DNA of 62,267 bases, filler included. It is 5 parts of 5 records of this genome, joined end to end, with 100 filler letters (N's around TTAATTAATTAA, not from the genome) between each part and the next. Parts side by side here need not be neighbours in the genome. Positions count along the whole stretch, not along the records: positions 12,023 to 24,209 come from SRR31156797_802; positions 24,310 to 40,816 come from SRR31156797_803; 3 more parts are not named here. The stretch is one strand, 5' to 3'. Position 1 is the stretch's first letter, and each line of letters starts with the position of its first letter. Under the pieces are notes generated by a model. The model was given only the letters and a program-made list of their open reading frames with translations, was not told the origin of the DNA and did no database searches. A program made the position numbers and the translations under genes. Shown here one piece after another: positions 19,726 to 29,949 of this stretch.

Positions 19726-21234
19726 ATGGCCGACATGCTGGCCTCATTCGCCGCCCTTCTTTCCCCGCAGCCGTTGGCGCTGTTGGCGCTGGGCGTTTCG
19801 CTCGGCATTGCCGTCGGCGCCATCCCCGGCCTGACCGCGACCATGCTGATCGCGCTGACGCTGCCGCTGACCTTCTACATGGACAGCGTCAATGCCATCA
19901 CCCTGTTGGTAGGCATGTATGTCGGCGGCATTTCCGGCGGCCTGATCACGGCGACGCTGTTGCGGATGCCGGGCACGCCGGCGTCGATCATGACCACGTT
20001 CGACGGCTTTCCCATGGCCCGCGGCGGCCAGCCGGGCCGGGCGCTTGGCCTCGGCATCACCTCGTCTTTTGTCGGCGGATTGATCTCCTGGGCATTTCTC
20101 GCCGTCCTTGCCCCGCCCTTGGCGAAATTGGCCCTGCGTTTCGGACCGTGGGAATATTTCACGATGGTTCTGATGGCGCTCGTCATGTTGGCGTCGCTGG
20201 CCCAGGGATCGATGATCAAGGGGCTGATCGCCGGCTGCCTGGGAATGGTCCTGGCGATGCCGGGAATGGACCCGTCGCTGGGCCAGATGCGCCTGACCTT
20301 CGGTTTTCACGACCTTGATGCCGGGCTGAAGCTGCTGCCGGTATTGATCGGCGCCTTCGCCATCAGCCAGATCATCAAGGATGCGATCGAGATCGAGTGG
20401 CGGCCGAAGATGATGGCGGTTCAACGCAAGGGCATCCTGGTCGGCGTCAAGGATTTCAAGATCCACGGCGCCAACATGGTGCGCTCGTCGGTGATCGGAA
20501 CCTGGATCGGTCTGCTGCCGGGCATCGGCGCCAATATCGCCGCCATGATGGCCTATTCGACGACGAAGAACCTGTCGAAGGAACCCGAGAAATTCGGTAC
20601 CGGCCACGAGCCCGGAATCGTTTCGGCGGAAACCGCCAACAACGCGTCCATCGGCGGCGCCATGATCCCGTTGATCACCATGGGTATTCCCGGCAGCGTC
20701 GTCGAAGCGATCCTGTTGGGCGCCCTGATCATCCACAACATGCAGCCCGGACCGCTGCTGTTCACGACAAACCCAGAGATCGCCTACGGCTTCATCGCGT
20801 CCTATCTGATCGCCAACTTCATCATGTTCGCGTTGATGCTGGGCGCCGTCGTGCAGATCGCCAAGATCATGTACATCCCGAAATCCTACCTGCTGTCGGC
20901 CGTGCTCGTATTCTGTGTCATCGGCACCTTCGCGCTCGGCAACCGTTTCTTCGATGTCTGGGTGATGCTGGTGTTCGGGCTGATCGGGTTTGGGCTGGAA
21001 TACTGCAAGGTGCCTTTGGGTCCCTTCGTCATCGGTTTTGTGCTCTCGCCGATCGCCGAGGAACAGCTGCGCTCCGCCCTGATGATGTCCGAGGGCAATT
21101 TCCTGGATCTGTTTACCCGGCCGGTGGCGACGATTTTCATCATTGCGACGGTCCTGTCGCTTCTGTGGCCGCTCTATCAGGAACGCCTGGTGCGGCGGCA
21201 AAGGGAGGCGGCGGCGGCGAGAGCCAAGGGTTAG
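19726..21234 (+). CDS. tctA: Tripartite tricarboxylate transporter large permease
   Basis: GAIPGL, MPGTPAS, DGFPMAR, ETANNA, GIPGS and QPGPLLF motifs. Confidence 0.92.
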   Translation: MADMLASFAALLSPQPLALLALGVSLGIAVGAIPGLTATMLIALTLPLTFYMDSVNAITLLVGMYVGGISGGLITATLLRMPGTPASIMTTFDGFPMARGGQPGRALGLGITSSFVGGLISWAFLAVLAPPLAKLALRFGPWEYFTMVLMALVMLASLAQGSMIKGLIAGCLGMVLAMPGMDPSLGQMRLTFGFHDLDAGLKLLPVLIGAFAISQIIKDAIEIEWRPKMMAVQRKGILVGVKDFKIHGANMVRSSVIGTWIGLLPGIGANIAAMMAYSTTKNLSKEPEKFGTGHEPGIVSAETANNASIGGAMIPLITMGIPGSVVEAILLGALIIHNMQPGPLLFTTNPEIAYGFIASYLIANFIMFALMLGAVVQIAKIMYIPKSYLLSAVLVFCVIGTFALGNRFFDVWVMLVFGLIGFGLEYCKVPLGPFVIGFVLSPIAEEQLRSALMMSEGNFLDLFTRPVATIFIIATVLSLLWPLYQERLVRRQREAAAARAKG

Positions 21235-21266
21235 GGAACATCGAAAACAACAAAGGTCATTTCGGC

Positions 21267-22697
21267 ATGAGCGACAATCGGCCCAACATCGTCTACATCA
21301 TCACCGACCAGCAGCGTTACGACACCATCAACGCGCTCGGTTATCCCTACATGGACACGCCGAACCTGGACCGCTTGGCCCACGAGGGATGCGTATTCAC
21401 ACGCTGTTACGCCGCCGGATTGTCCTGCGCGCCGTCGCGCGCCTCCATCTTCACGGGCTACTATCCGCACACGACGGGAATCCTCAAAAACGCCTGCGAC
21501 TGGCGGCATTCCTGGCTCGAAAACATGGGCGAGGCCGGCTACCACAACGTCAATATCGGCAAAATGCATACCTGGCCGCACGATACGCCGTGCGGATTCC
21601 ATCAGCGCTACAACGTCGAAAACAAGGACCGCTATCTCGAAGGCCGCTATTACCTGGACGAATGGGACCGGGCGCTGGCCGCCAACGGCTTGGTCAAGCA
21701 GCAACGCGAAACCTATCGCCGGCGGGACGATTACAGGGAACGCCTGGGCGCCTTCGAATGGGAACTGCCGGAGAATCTGCATTCCGACATGTTCGTCGGT
21801 AACATGGCGCAATGGTGGCTGAGGACCTATCCGAAGACCGAACCGCTGTTCCTGCAGGTCGGTTTTCCCGGGCCGCATCCGCCATACGACCCGACCGCTA
21901 GATACGCTGAACCCTACATGCAAAAGGACCTGCCGATCGATCCGGTCCTGCCGACGGATCTGGCCGGTTTGCCGCCGCCGCTCCAGGAGTATCGGCGGCA
22001 CTGTACCGAGGTCGATCACGACTCGGTGGTCCATCAGCTCGATCTCGATCCGGCCGCCCGTTTCCGCCAGCGCGCCTACTATCTGGCCAATATGACGATG
22101 ATCGACGACAAGGTCGGCGAGATCATGAAGTCGCTGGAGAACGAGGGCTATCTCGACAATACCATCGTCGTCTTTACGTCCGATCACGGCGACTGTCTAG
22201 GCGATCACGGGCTCAGCCAGAAATGGTCGTCCTACGAACAGATCGTCCGCGCCCCGACCATCGTCTGGGGCCCCGGCATCGTCAAGGCGGGGCACCAAGT
22301 CGATGCGCTGTGTCAGCATTTCGATATTTCGCAGGCGCTGCTCGAACTGGCCGGCGCCGAGGTGCCCGAAACGCTGGAAAGCATTTCGGCCCTGCCGGCC
22401 CTGCGCGGTGAGGATTGGGCCGGACGCGACCATGTCTTCGCCGAACAAAGCGGCGACGGCAACCTGACCGACGCCCAAATGGTGACGATGGTACGCTCGC
22501 GCGACTGGAAGCTGACCCACTTCTCGGGCGAGGACTACGGCCAGCTTTTCGACATGAACAACGATCCCGGCGAGATCCGCAACCTGTGGGCAGATCCGGG
22601 CGCGGCGGCCACCAAGCGCGAGATGCTGGATGTTCTGTATGAATGGCGCATCGACAGCCAGTATCGAACCGGCGAATGGATGAAGGATCACCGCTGA
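21267..22697 (+). CDS. Cys-type sulfatase family hydrolase, cytoplasmic
   Basis: Real start is MSDNRPNIVYIITDQQR at 21267; CAPSR, GKMH, PHPPYD and SDHGD motifs. Confidence 0.9.
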   Translation: MSDNRPNIVYIITDQQRYDTINALGYPYMDTPNLDRLAHEGCVFTRCYAAGLSCAPSRASIFTGYYPHTTGILKNACDWRHSWLENMGEAGYHNVNIGKMHTWPHDTPCGFHQRYNVENKDRYLEGRYYLDEWDRALAANGLVKQQRETYRRRDDYRERLGAFEWELPENLHSDMFVGNMAQWWLRTYPKTEPLFLQVGFPGPHPPYDPTARYAEPYMQKDLPIDPVLPTDLAGLPPPLQEYRRHCTEVDHDSVVHQLDLDPAARFRQRAYYLANMTMIDDKVGEIMKSLENEGYLDNTIVVFTSDHGDCLGDHGLSQKWSSYEQIVRAPTIVWGPGIVKAGHQVDALCQHFDISQALLELAGAEVPETLESISALPALRGEDWAGRDHVFAEQSGDGNLTDAQMVTMVRSRDWKLTHFSGEDYGQLFDMNNDPGEIRNLWADPGAAATKREMLDVLYEWRIDSQYRTGEWMKDHR

Positions 22698-22864
22698 TCG
22701 GGCGCCCTTTTACGGTCGGATCGTCGGGCTGTTCGGCGACGGCCCCGGACCTTCGGGCGTCCGGCCCGGGGCGTGCGATTGACGGGCGGCGACGATGGTC
22801 TATTTTAGGCGAAACAACCGAAGGGGTTTGATCCGGGCAGGGCGGATCATCAAATATCCAGGAC

Positions 22865-24209
22865 ATGACTGAAACGCCGCAACCGCAATCGCCGCCACGC
22901 CCCTTCCAGGTGATGACGAAGCCGAACGGCCCGCGCTGCAACCTGGATTGCACCTACTGTTATTACCTGGAAAAGGAACGCTTCTATCCGGATACCAAGA
23001 AGTTCCGGATGCCGGACGACGTGCTCGAAACCTACGTGCGCGACTATATCGCCGCCCAGGCCAAAACGCCGGCACCGGAAATCTGGATGTCGTGGCAGGG
23101 CGGCGAGCCGACCCTGCTGGGGGTCGACTATTTCCGCCGGGTGGTCGAGCTCGAGGCCAAATACTGCCCGCCCGGCAAAACTGTCCGCAACGCCTTTCAA
23201 ACCAACGGCACGTTGCTTGACGACGAATGGGCGGAATTCTTCAAAGCCAACGATTTCCTGGTCGGCTTGAGCATCGACGGCCCGCGCGAGATCCACGACC
23301 GTTACCGCGTCGACCGGGCCGAGCGGCCGACCTTCGATGCGGTGATGGCGGCGCTGGATTTACTGAAACGGCACGGCGTCGAATACAATGCCCTGACCGT
23401 GATTCAGCGCCAGAACGCCCGCAAGCCGAAACAGGTCTACCGGTTTTTGCGCGACGCCGGATTCGAGTTCATGCAGTTCATCCCCATAGTCGAGCGCACC
23501 GAGGACGGCGAAAGCCTGGTCGGCGCGCCGCAGCAGGACGACGAAGGCCTGAAAGCCCGCGTCACGCCCTGGAGCGCCCTGCCGAAGGATTACGGCAACT
23601 TCCTCGTCGGCGTCTTCGACGAATGGATCAAGGAAGACGTCGGGCGCATCTTCGTCCAGTATTTCGACGTTCAACTGGGCCTGTGGATGGGCGGCCCGGC
23701 CGGCCTGTGCTGGTTCGCCGAAACCTGCGGCCAGGGACTGGCGATGGAGCATAACGGCGATCTGTATGCCTGCGACCACTACGTCTATCCGGAATACCTT
23801 CTCGGCAACATCATGGAAACGCCGCTTGAAACCCTGGTGGCATCGCCGTTCCAGACCAAATTCGGCGACGACAAGCGCGATACCCTGCCGCGCCAGTGCC
23901 GGGAATGCGAATATCGCTTCGCGTGTAACGGCGGCTGTCCGAAGCACCGGTTCCTGGAGACCGCCGACGGCGAACCCGGGCTCAACTATTTCTGCCAGTC
24001 CTATATGCGCTTTTTGACCCATGCCGCGCCCTATTTGCGGACCATGGCGGATCTTGTGCAGCGCGGCCGGCCGGCCGCCGATGTCATGGAGATCGCCAAA
24101 CAGAACCGGCAAAATAAACCGGTGGCCGCCGGTGCCGCCAAGGTCGGCCGCAACGATCCCTGTCCCTGCGGCAGCGGCAAAAAATACAAACGGTGCTGCG
24201 GCAAACGGG
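22865..24209 (+). CDS. Anaerobic sulfatase-maturating radical SAM enzyme (anSME) with C-terminal SEC-C motif; stop codon lost in the gap
   Basis: CNLDCTYC, WQGGEP, SPASM cysteines and GRNDPCPCGSGKKYKRCC. Confidence 0.93.
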
Positions 24210-24309
24210 NNNNNNNNNNNNNNNNNNNNNNNNNNNNNNNNNNNNNNNNNNNNTTAATTAATTAANNNNNNNNNNNNNNNNNNNNNNNNNNNNNNNNNNN
24301 NNNNNNNNN
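24210..24309. other. Artificial contig spacer
   Basis: N44-TTAATTAATTAA-N44. Confidence 0.98.
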
Positions 24310-24310
24310 G

Positions 24311-24355
24311 TGGTGCCGAGACCCAGAGTTGAACTGGGGACACCGGGATTTTCAG
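24311..24355 (-). mobile_element. 3' half of tRNA-Phe(GAA), probable att-site duplication of an integrated island
   Basis: Minus strand CTGAAAA-TCCCG-GTGTC-CCCAG-TTCAACT-CTGGG-TCTCGGC-ACCA. tRNA-like sequence stops exactly at the 5' edge of the anticodon loop, with no D arm or 5' acceptor strand. Confidence 0.8.
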
Positions 24356-24395
24356 GACTTGATTTTCCCTAACGCCTCTCGTTCTTAAAACCGGG

Positions 24396-24959
24396 CTACC
24401 CATACATCATGATAATGGCATCAGCCACATCCTTGATGGGCTTGTTTTTTTTCATGCTGATTTCCTGAAGGCGGCGATAGGCGCGGGGTTCGCTGAGTCC
24501 CTCATTTTCCATCATCAGCCCCTTGGCCCGCTCCACCAGTTTTCGGGTTTCCAACTGCGACTTCAGGGTGGCGACCCGTTCCGTAAGGGCGGATTTTTCC
24601 ATGAATAGGCTGACCGCCAGTTCAACGGCAGACGATACATCGCCCACCCGAAAAGGCTTGGTGATGTAGGCCATGACGCCGGCGTCCTTGGCCTTTTCAA
24701 TCAGATGGCGCTCGGAAAAGGCCGTGAGGATCACCACCGGGTGCTGTCCGGATACTTTTCGGGCCACCTGGATGCCGTCCATTTCGGGCATCTTGATGTC
24801 CAGTATCGCCACATCGGGTGTTTTCTGTTGGATCAGTTTCAATGCCTCCATTCCGTTTCTTGCTTCGCCTACAACCCGATATCCCAGGTCCTCCAGTACC
24901 TCTTTGAGGTCGCGTCTGAGCAGGGGTTCGTCATCGGCAATCAGAATGCGTAAACTCAT
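24396..24959 (-). CDS. ANTAR-domain response regulator (PdtaR/EutV-like RNA antiterminator)
   Basis: REC (IADDE, ILDIKMP, LTA, KP), coiled coil and ANTAR signature LETRKLVERAKGLMM...AY..LQEISM. Confidence 0.95.
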   Translation of the reverse strand: MSLRILIADDEPLLRRDLKEVLEDLGYRVVGEARNGMEALKLIQQKTPDVAILDIKMPEMDGIQVARKVSGQHPVVILTAFSERHLIEKAKDAGVMAYITKPFRVGDVSSAVELAVSLFMEKSALTERVATLKSQLETRKLVERAKGLMMENEGLSEPRAYRRLQEISMKKNKPIKDVADAIIMMYG

Positions 24960-27805
24960 ATATTGCTCCTTGGTTGTATGGGATGGTAACCCTGGGGGAG
25001 GGGGAACCTCAATTCAGCGGTGGCGCCGTGGTCTGATCGAATTTGAAAAGCGCCTTTCAACTCTTCGCCGGCCAGCGTTTGAACAATGGTCAACCCCAGG
25101 TTGCCATGCTGTTCCGGATCAAAGTCTTCCGGGAATCCCGGGCCATCGTCCGCCACAGTGACCGTGATCATATTTTTCATCTGTCGTATCTTTACGGAGA
25201 TCCGTCCGCCATCTTCTTCCTTAATGCCATGCTCCAAACCATTTTGAATAAGCTCATTGACCACCAGGGCCACGGCGGTCGCCTCCCGGGAAGGGATCAT
25301 CACCGGATGTTCCGACGCATCCAGGGTAATCCATGGTCTGTTCATCCGATCCGGTTCCGCTGCTTTGCTGATGCTTCCCACCAGACGCCCCAGATCCACC
25401 ATGCCGATTTGGCCCTCGGAAAGGGTTTCGTGGACCAGGGCGATGCTCATAATTCTGGAAATGCTGTCTTTCAAGGCCTGCTCCGGTGAAACGCGATCCA
25501 GCCTGCGAAGCTGCATTCGGAGGAGCGCCGCAATATTTTGAAGATTGTTTTTGACCCGATGATGGATTTCCCGATAGAAGGTTGAGTGTTTGCTCAAGGA
25601 TCGATTTTCGATAAACATGGCCACCTGGGAAGAAATGCCCTCGAGAAACGCTATGCTCTCGGATAGGTGGTCGGGATAAAAATGAAACCCTTTTTCCTCC
25701 GCGGCGTAGAGATTCAAGACTGCCCGCAGCTCGTCTTTATAGATGACCGGAACCGTAACAAAACTGTAGGAAAAGCCGGAACTCAGATCGACGGGACAAT
25801 TTTGATCGGATCCCTCGGAAAAAAACAGGGGCTTCGAGTGTTCGATCTGCCATTTGGTCACTTTTTCATCGTTTTCAATTTCCTTTTCGCCGATTTCAAC
25901 ACCCTCCTCCCCGTCCACGGCTTCCTTAATCCAGAGGCGGTGTGTTCGATCCACCAGCCAGAGGGTCGCAAAGGAGACCTCAAGAATGCGCCTCATATGC
26001 CTGACGATATTCTGGGATTGAACGGCGGGGTTAATCTGCCGGCGGAATTCATAACCCAACTGGTTCAGTATTTCCAACTGGTTCATTTTCATGTCCAGGC
26101 TGCCGTCCAACTCGATCCTGTGAAGGCCGCTGGCCGTCAGGTTGCCGATGATTTCAGCCAGCACCCGATCTTCCTCTTCCGGCGCGTTTTCACTTGTTTT
26201 CCTTTTGAAGGCAAGAACGCCAAAATGTTTGCCGTGACTGTCCAGGTTGACCAAATGGCATTCTCCCTTCAATTCATCCACGCCGATGCGTTGCGGAAAT
26301 GCCGCCGGTTCCAAAGCGCTTGAAAGGACATATGGAGATGAATCGTCCATTTCCATGGGCATATAAAAAGCGCCATGGGCCCAGGGAAATAGAGCGGAGA
26401 GTTCCGTGGCCAAGGCCTTCAACAGGCTGCCGGCATCGGTTCCATTCTGAATGATCCGGTTGACCCTGCTGATGGATCTGATCTGGGAGACCTTTCTGTC
26501 CAGCTTTGAGGAAAATTCCCGGTAAACCCGTTTGCTCTGATGCATGAGGGAAGCCACGGGATTCAGTTCATCGGAAAAGACCAGCGTAGACACGGACTGA
26601 TTGTTGTAAACCGGAAGGCCATCGTCAAAGATGCCCATCTCTCCATAGGTATAAAAGCCGCACAGGGGCAAATTCACATTGCTCAGCACCCGCGTGATTT
26701 CTTCCTGTTCCTTCTGCTCCGTCAGTCGCAGCGCACATGAAAACATGACTGCCATTGAGGGTTTGCCTAACCCCCCGTACCGGACGGCCTTTTCATAGGC
26801 TGACACGCCTGCTTTTACGATCTCGCCCCGGTCGGCCTGCATGAGGGTCATCACCCGGTCATTTCCCACGAGGTGGGGAAACTGGATGGAACCGTCCTCC
26901 AGAATCCGCTCCGGCACCAGCAGAAGGGAATTCCCGTAAACATCCATGGACCCGAAGGGATGTTCGTTCAGGGGCGAAGGCGCCGCCGGCAGGTTGTCCC
27001 TGATTCGACCCATGGGAATTTCAAGCATTCCCGCATAGACATCAGCCGCCGGGCGGTTGTCAAACTCATGGACCATATGCCCCGAGGCCTTTGTCACCAG
27101 TGCCCGTTTGGTGGTGGGAACAAAACCATGGGACATGCCCAGCCCGAAAAGGACTTCCGTTTCAAGAAATGCCAGGGCAATGGCGTCCCTCGACACTTGG
27201 CCGTTGATCATCTGGTAGTTCGGGCCGTATCGAAAATAGTCGCTGGAACTGCCGCCGAATATGGGGATCCGGTTGGAAGAACTCTTTCGAAGGAAGGTAT
27301 GGATGTCATGGGTAAGAGAATGGCTGTTTTTCGTGGCGCCCGGCGCGAAGACCATGAGGAGCACCGGTGAAACCCCCAGCGTTCCCGAAGCCGACACATT
27401 GAGCATCTGGTGCTCGGGAAATCCGGCATTGAAATATTCGGATATGTGGGCATTGGCCAGTGCGTCATGAACAGCCCTTTGATAATCTTGGGAAACCCCT
27501 TTTCCCATACCCAATTTCACATTGATGTGGGGAGAACAAAGGAGGGTCACCACCACGCTGTTTCTCAGGAACCCATCCGCGATTTCCCCCGCGGTGCTGG
27601 CACCGATAAGCGGGCAATCCTCCAGAACATCCACCAGCCCCCGATTGACTTCAAAAACATCCAGTTCAGCGGAAACGAAGGCCAACGCCAGGCTGGGATG
27701 GAATTTACCCCTTTGAGAGAGGGCTCTGGTTGCGGCCTCCCGTCCCATCTCCAAGGGCTTTCCGGAAGTGCTTTTCCCCACATGCGCTTCAAAGTAAACG
27801 CCCAT
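24956..27805 (-). CDS. Cytoplasmic FIST/FIST_C-GAF sensor histidine kinase (HisKA_2, PdtaS/EutW-like)
   Basis: FIST motifs GASTAGEI, FGGSS, FSCALR and GFYTYGE; GAF-like middle; EIHHRVKNNLQ, NELIQN, DDGPG and NLGL. RBS AAGGGG precedes the ATG at 27805 (the ORF extends to 27874). The stop overlaps the ANTAR start. Confidence 0.9.
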   Translation of the reverse strand: MGVYFEAHVGKSTSGKPLEMGREAATRALSQRGKFHPSLALAFVSAELDVFEVNRGLVDVLEDCPLIGASTAGEIADGFLRNSVVVTLLCSPHINVKLGMGKGVSQDYQRAVHDALANAHISEYFNAGFPEHQMLNVSASGTLGVSPVLLMVFAPGATKNSHSLTHDIHTFLRKSSSNRIPIFGGSSSDYFRYGPNYQMINGQVSRDAIALAFLETEVLFGLGMSHGFVPTTKRALVTKASGHMVHEFDNRPAADVYAGMLEIPMGRIRDNLPAAPSPLNEHPFGSMDVYGNSLLLVPERILEDGSIQFPHLVGNDRVMTLMQADRGEIVKAGVSAYEKAVRYGGLGKPSMAVMFSCALRLTEQKEQEEITRVLSNVNLPLCGFYTYGEMGIFDDGLPVYNNQSVSTLVFSDELNPVASLMHQSKRVYREFSSKLDRKVSQIRSISRVNRIIQNGTDAGSLLKALATELSALFPWAHGAFYMPMEMDDSSPYVLSSALEPAAFPQRIGVDELKGECHLVNLDSHGKHFGVLAFKRKTSENAPEEEDRVLAEIIGNLTASGLHRIELDGSLDMKMNQLEILNQLGYEFRRQINPAVQSQNIVRHMRRILEVSFATLWLVDRTHRLWIKEAVDGEEGVEIGEKEIENDEKVTKWQIEHSKPLFFSEGSDQNCPVDLSSGFSYSFVTVPVIYKDELRAVLNLYAAEEKGFHFYPDHLSESIAFLEGISSQVAMFIENRSLSKHSTFYREIHHRVKNNLQNIAALLRMQLRRLDRVSPEQALKDSISRIMSIALVHETLSEGQIGMVDLGRLVGSISKAAEPDRMNRPWITLDASEHPVMIPSREATAVALVVNELIQNGLEHGIKEEDGGRISVKIRQMKNMITVTVADDGPGFPEDFDPEQHGNLGLTIVQTLAGEELKGAFQIRSDHGATAELRFPLPQGYHPIQPRSNI

Positions 27806-28014
27806 TTTCCCCCTTTGATCGCTGACAGATAACGAAACGATTTTTCCAAAACCGGACATGTGCGTAACTTTCACATTTTTTAAATATTACATAGCACACG
27901 TGGTCCAAGTCAAACATTTGATGGATTTCTTCGTAAAAGAGCGCATTGACAAACAGAATTCACTTTGCATCGACGCGTTTTTGGCAATGTTTTTATGGAG
28001 AGTATCGGAGATGG

Positions 28015-29868
28015 TTACATAAAATTCTCCCTCTTAACCGGAAAGCTGATGGCTTCGATAAACCGTTTCTGAAATGTATCGGAGGCGGCCAAATCCACAT
28101 ACTCGACTTTTTCGGCTATTCCATGGGCCAGATTGCGTACCCGACCTGAAATCAGAGCCATTTTTGATCCCTGCAATGCCGCGTTGCCCATGGTCTCAAT
28201 TATATGGACGGGAACCTCGGGCAGAATGCCGGTTGACAGGGCGCTCTGTGGATTGACATGGGTTCCGAATGATCCCGAAATAAGGATGCGATCGATTTGC
28301 GGCGCCTTCACCGCCGCTTTTTCCATCAAAACGGAGATGCCCGCCCGAACCGCCGCTTTGGCCACTTGGAATTCGCCCACATCCTTTTGCGTCAGGACAA
28401 TATCTTCATTATCCATCAAGCGTTTTGTGATGCAAATCTCCCAACCGCCATCTCTTGAAGGCCTGACGCCGGGCTTGGAAACATTGCCAACAAACAGACC
28501 CTTTTTGTCGATGATGCCGGCATTAAGCATCTTTGCAATGCAATCGATAAGGCCGGACCCGCAAATTCCCTTCGGGCTGGTTCCGCCGATGGTTTTAAAA
28601 ACGATCCCGCCCGTCACCGGATCCATTGTCACATGGTCAATGGCCCCCTTTACCGCTTTCATGCCATGCTTTATGCCACCCCCTTCAAAAGCAGGTCCCG
28701 ATGCACAGGAACAGGCGAAGATCCTGCCTTGATTCACAAGAACGATTTCCGTATTGGTTCCGATGTCCAGCAACAAACAAATCCCTTTGGCATCATGCAG
28801 TTCCGTGGATAAAATATTGGCCAGACAGTCCGATCCCACAAATCCGGAAATCAACGGTAAAAAGTGAATATTCCCTTCACCGTTCATATCCAGGTTCAGG
28901 TCTTTCCCCTTTCGATCCAAAGCGCTTGTTACGGCCGGAACATAAGGCGCCAGGGATAGATATTCGGGGAAGATCCCCAACAGAATGTGATGCATGGCGG
29001 TATTTCCAACCACCGTGGCCTCATAAATATGACGGGGGTCAATGCCGTGTTTCAGGCAGATTCGGGAAATCAATCGGTTGATGGTGTCAACCGCTTCTTT
29101 CTGAAGCAACGCGCCTGTTGCTTCACCTGTTGAAGCAAACTCCATGCGGACCAGGACATCATCGCCATGGGCTGATTGGGCATTGATGCCGCCTGCCGAA
29201 TCAATTGTTTGGCCATTTTTCAGATTAACCAGGCATACGGCTATTTTGGTGGTGCCGACATCAACGGCAACCCCGAAGCACCCCTCTACGCCATGGCCTT
29301 CCTCAACGTCAATGATTTCCCTGTCGTTCCAAACCGTCACGGTAACCTGGCCCATGGGATTTCTCAGGGTTTCAGGCAGCCGTAAAAGCGGCTTCTGCGC
29401 CATCAAAACGGGATATGAACCTTCACGGTTAATTAACGGCAGAAGGTATTCAAGATCAGCCTTATGCTGTTTTATATTCGATTTCAAGAGGTCAAGATGG
29501 AACTGTTTGACAAAGGGCGAGGACTCGACTTTCGTCTCAATACCCTTGAGTTCCATACGCATGTCCCCGACCATGCTCTCTTGGGGAATCGTTACCGTCA
29601 GATTGCTTCGGACGTCAGTCTGACAGGCCAGGCGAACGCCTTTTTCCAGAAGTTCCATGGAAATGTGGCTGCTTTCGATCTCACCGGGTTTATGTTGTAC
29701 CAGGCTGTTTTGGGACAGGATAATCTTGCATTTTCCGCATTGACCCCGACCGCCGCAAGGGGAATAGAGGTTGGCGCCCGCATCTCTGATCACCTCATCC
29801 AGCCTGCTCTCTATTTGAACGCTCCTTTTTAAGCCCAAGGGTTGAATCGATACATGATATGATTTCAT
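28015..29868 (-). CDS. Reductive activator of corrinoid enzymes (RACE/RACo, ASKHA family, N-terminal 2Fe-2S)
   Basis: CGGRGQCGKC...RLAC, DVGTT, GFVGSD, DIGTNTE, GPAFEG, GICGSG and GNAA; start uncertain (29868 or 29907). Confidence 0.92.
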   Translation of the reverse strand: MKSYHVSIQPLGLKRSVQIESRLDEVIRDAGANLYSPCGGRGQCGKCKIILSQNSLVQHKPGEIESSHISMELLEKGVRLACQTDVRSNLTVTIPQESMVGDMRMELKGIETKVESSPFVKQFHLDLLKSNIKQHKADLEYLLPLINREGSYPVLMAQKPLLRLPETLRNPMGQVTVTVWNDREIIDVEEGHGVEGCFGVAVDVGTTKIAVCLVNLKNGQTIDSAGGINAQSAHGDDVLVRMEFASTGEATGALLQKEAVDTINRLISRICLKHGIDPRHIYEATVVGNTAMHHILLGIFPEYLSLAPYVPAVTSALDRKGKDLNLDMNGEGNIHFLPLISGFVGSDCLANILSTELHDAKGICLLLDIGTNTEIVLVNQGRIFACSCASGPAFEGGGIKHGMKAVKGAIDHVTMDPVTGGIVFKTIGGTSPKGICGSGLIDCIAKMLNAGIIDKKGLFVGNVSKPGVRPSRDGGWEICITKRLMDNEDIVLTQKDVGEFQVAKAAVRAGISVLMEKAAVKAPQIDRILISGSFGTHVNPQSALSTGILPEVPVHIIETMGNAALQGSKMALISGRVRNLAHGIAEKVEYVDLAASDTFQKRFIEAISFPVKRENFM

Positions 29869-29949
29869 AAAGGAGAATGCCTGTATTTTATGGCGCCCAT
29901 CCCTCAAAAAATTAAGGGATGGAGCTTCTGAGCCCGGAATCGTTTACGT

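Noticed and set aside
20397-21266. 766-aa ORF suggesting a long N-terminal extension on the sulfatase
   Set aside because: The extension is an off-frame read through tctA in GC-rich DNA. The sulfatase starts at 21267.
15129-24209. Sulfatase cluster as an island integrated at tRNA-Leu
   Set aside because: No integrase, no duplicated tRNA 3' end and no evident compositional shift within the contig.
24311-24355. Functional or intron-split tRNA-Phe gene
   Set aside because: No 5' half is present, and only 40 nt separate it from the ANTAR gene, leaving no room for an intron. Treated as an att remnant.
29897-29922. Hairpin between the MT and RACE genes as another ANTAR site
   Set aside because: It has a 4-nt T loop, no AxxGxx hexaloop and no U tract. 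More likely an mRNA-stabilising stem.
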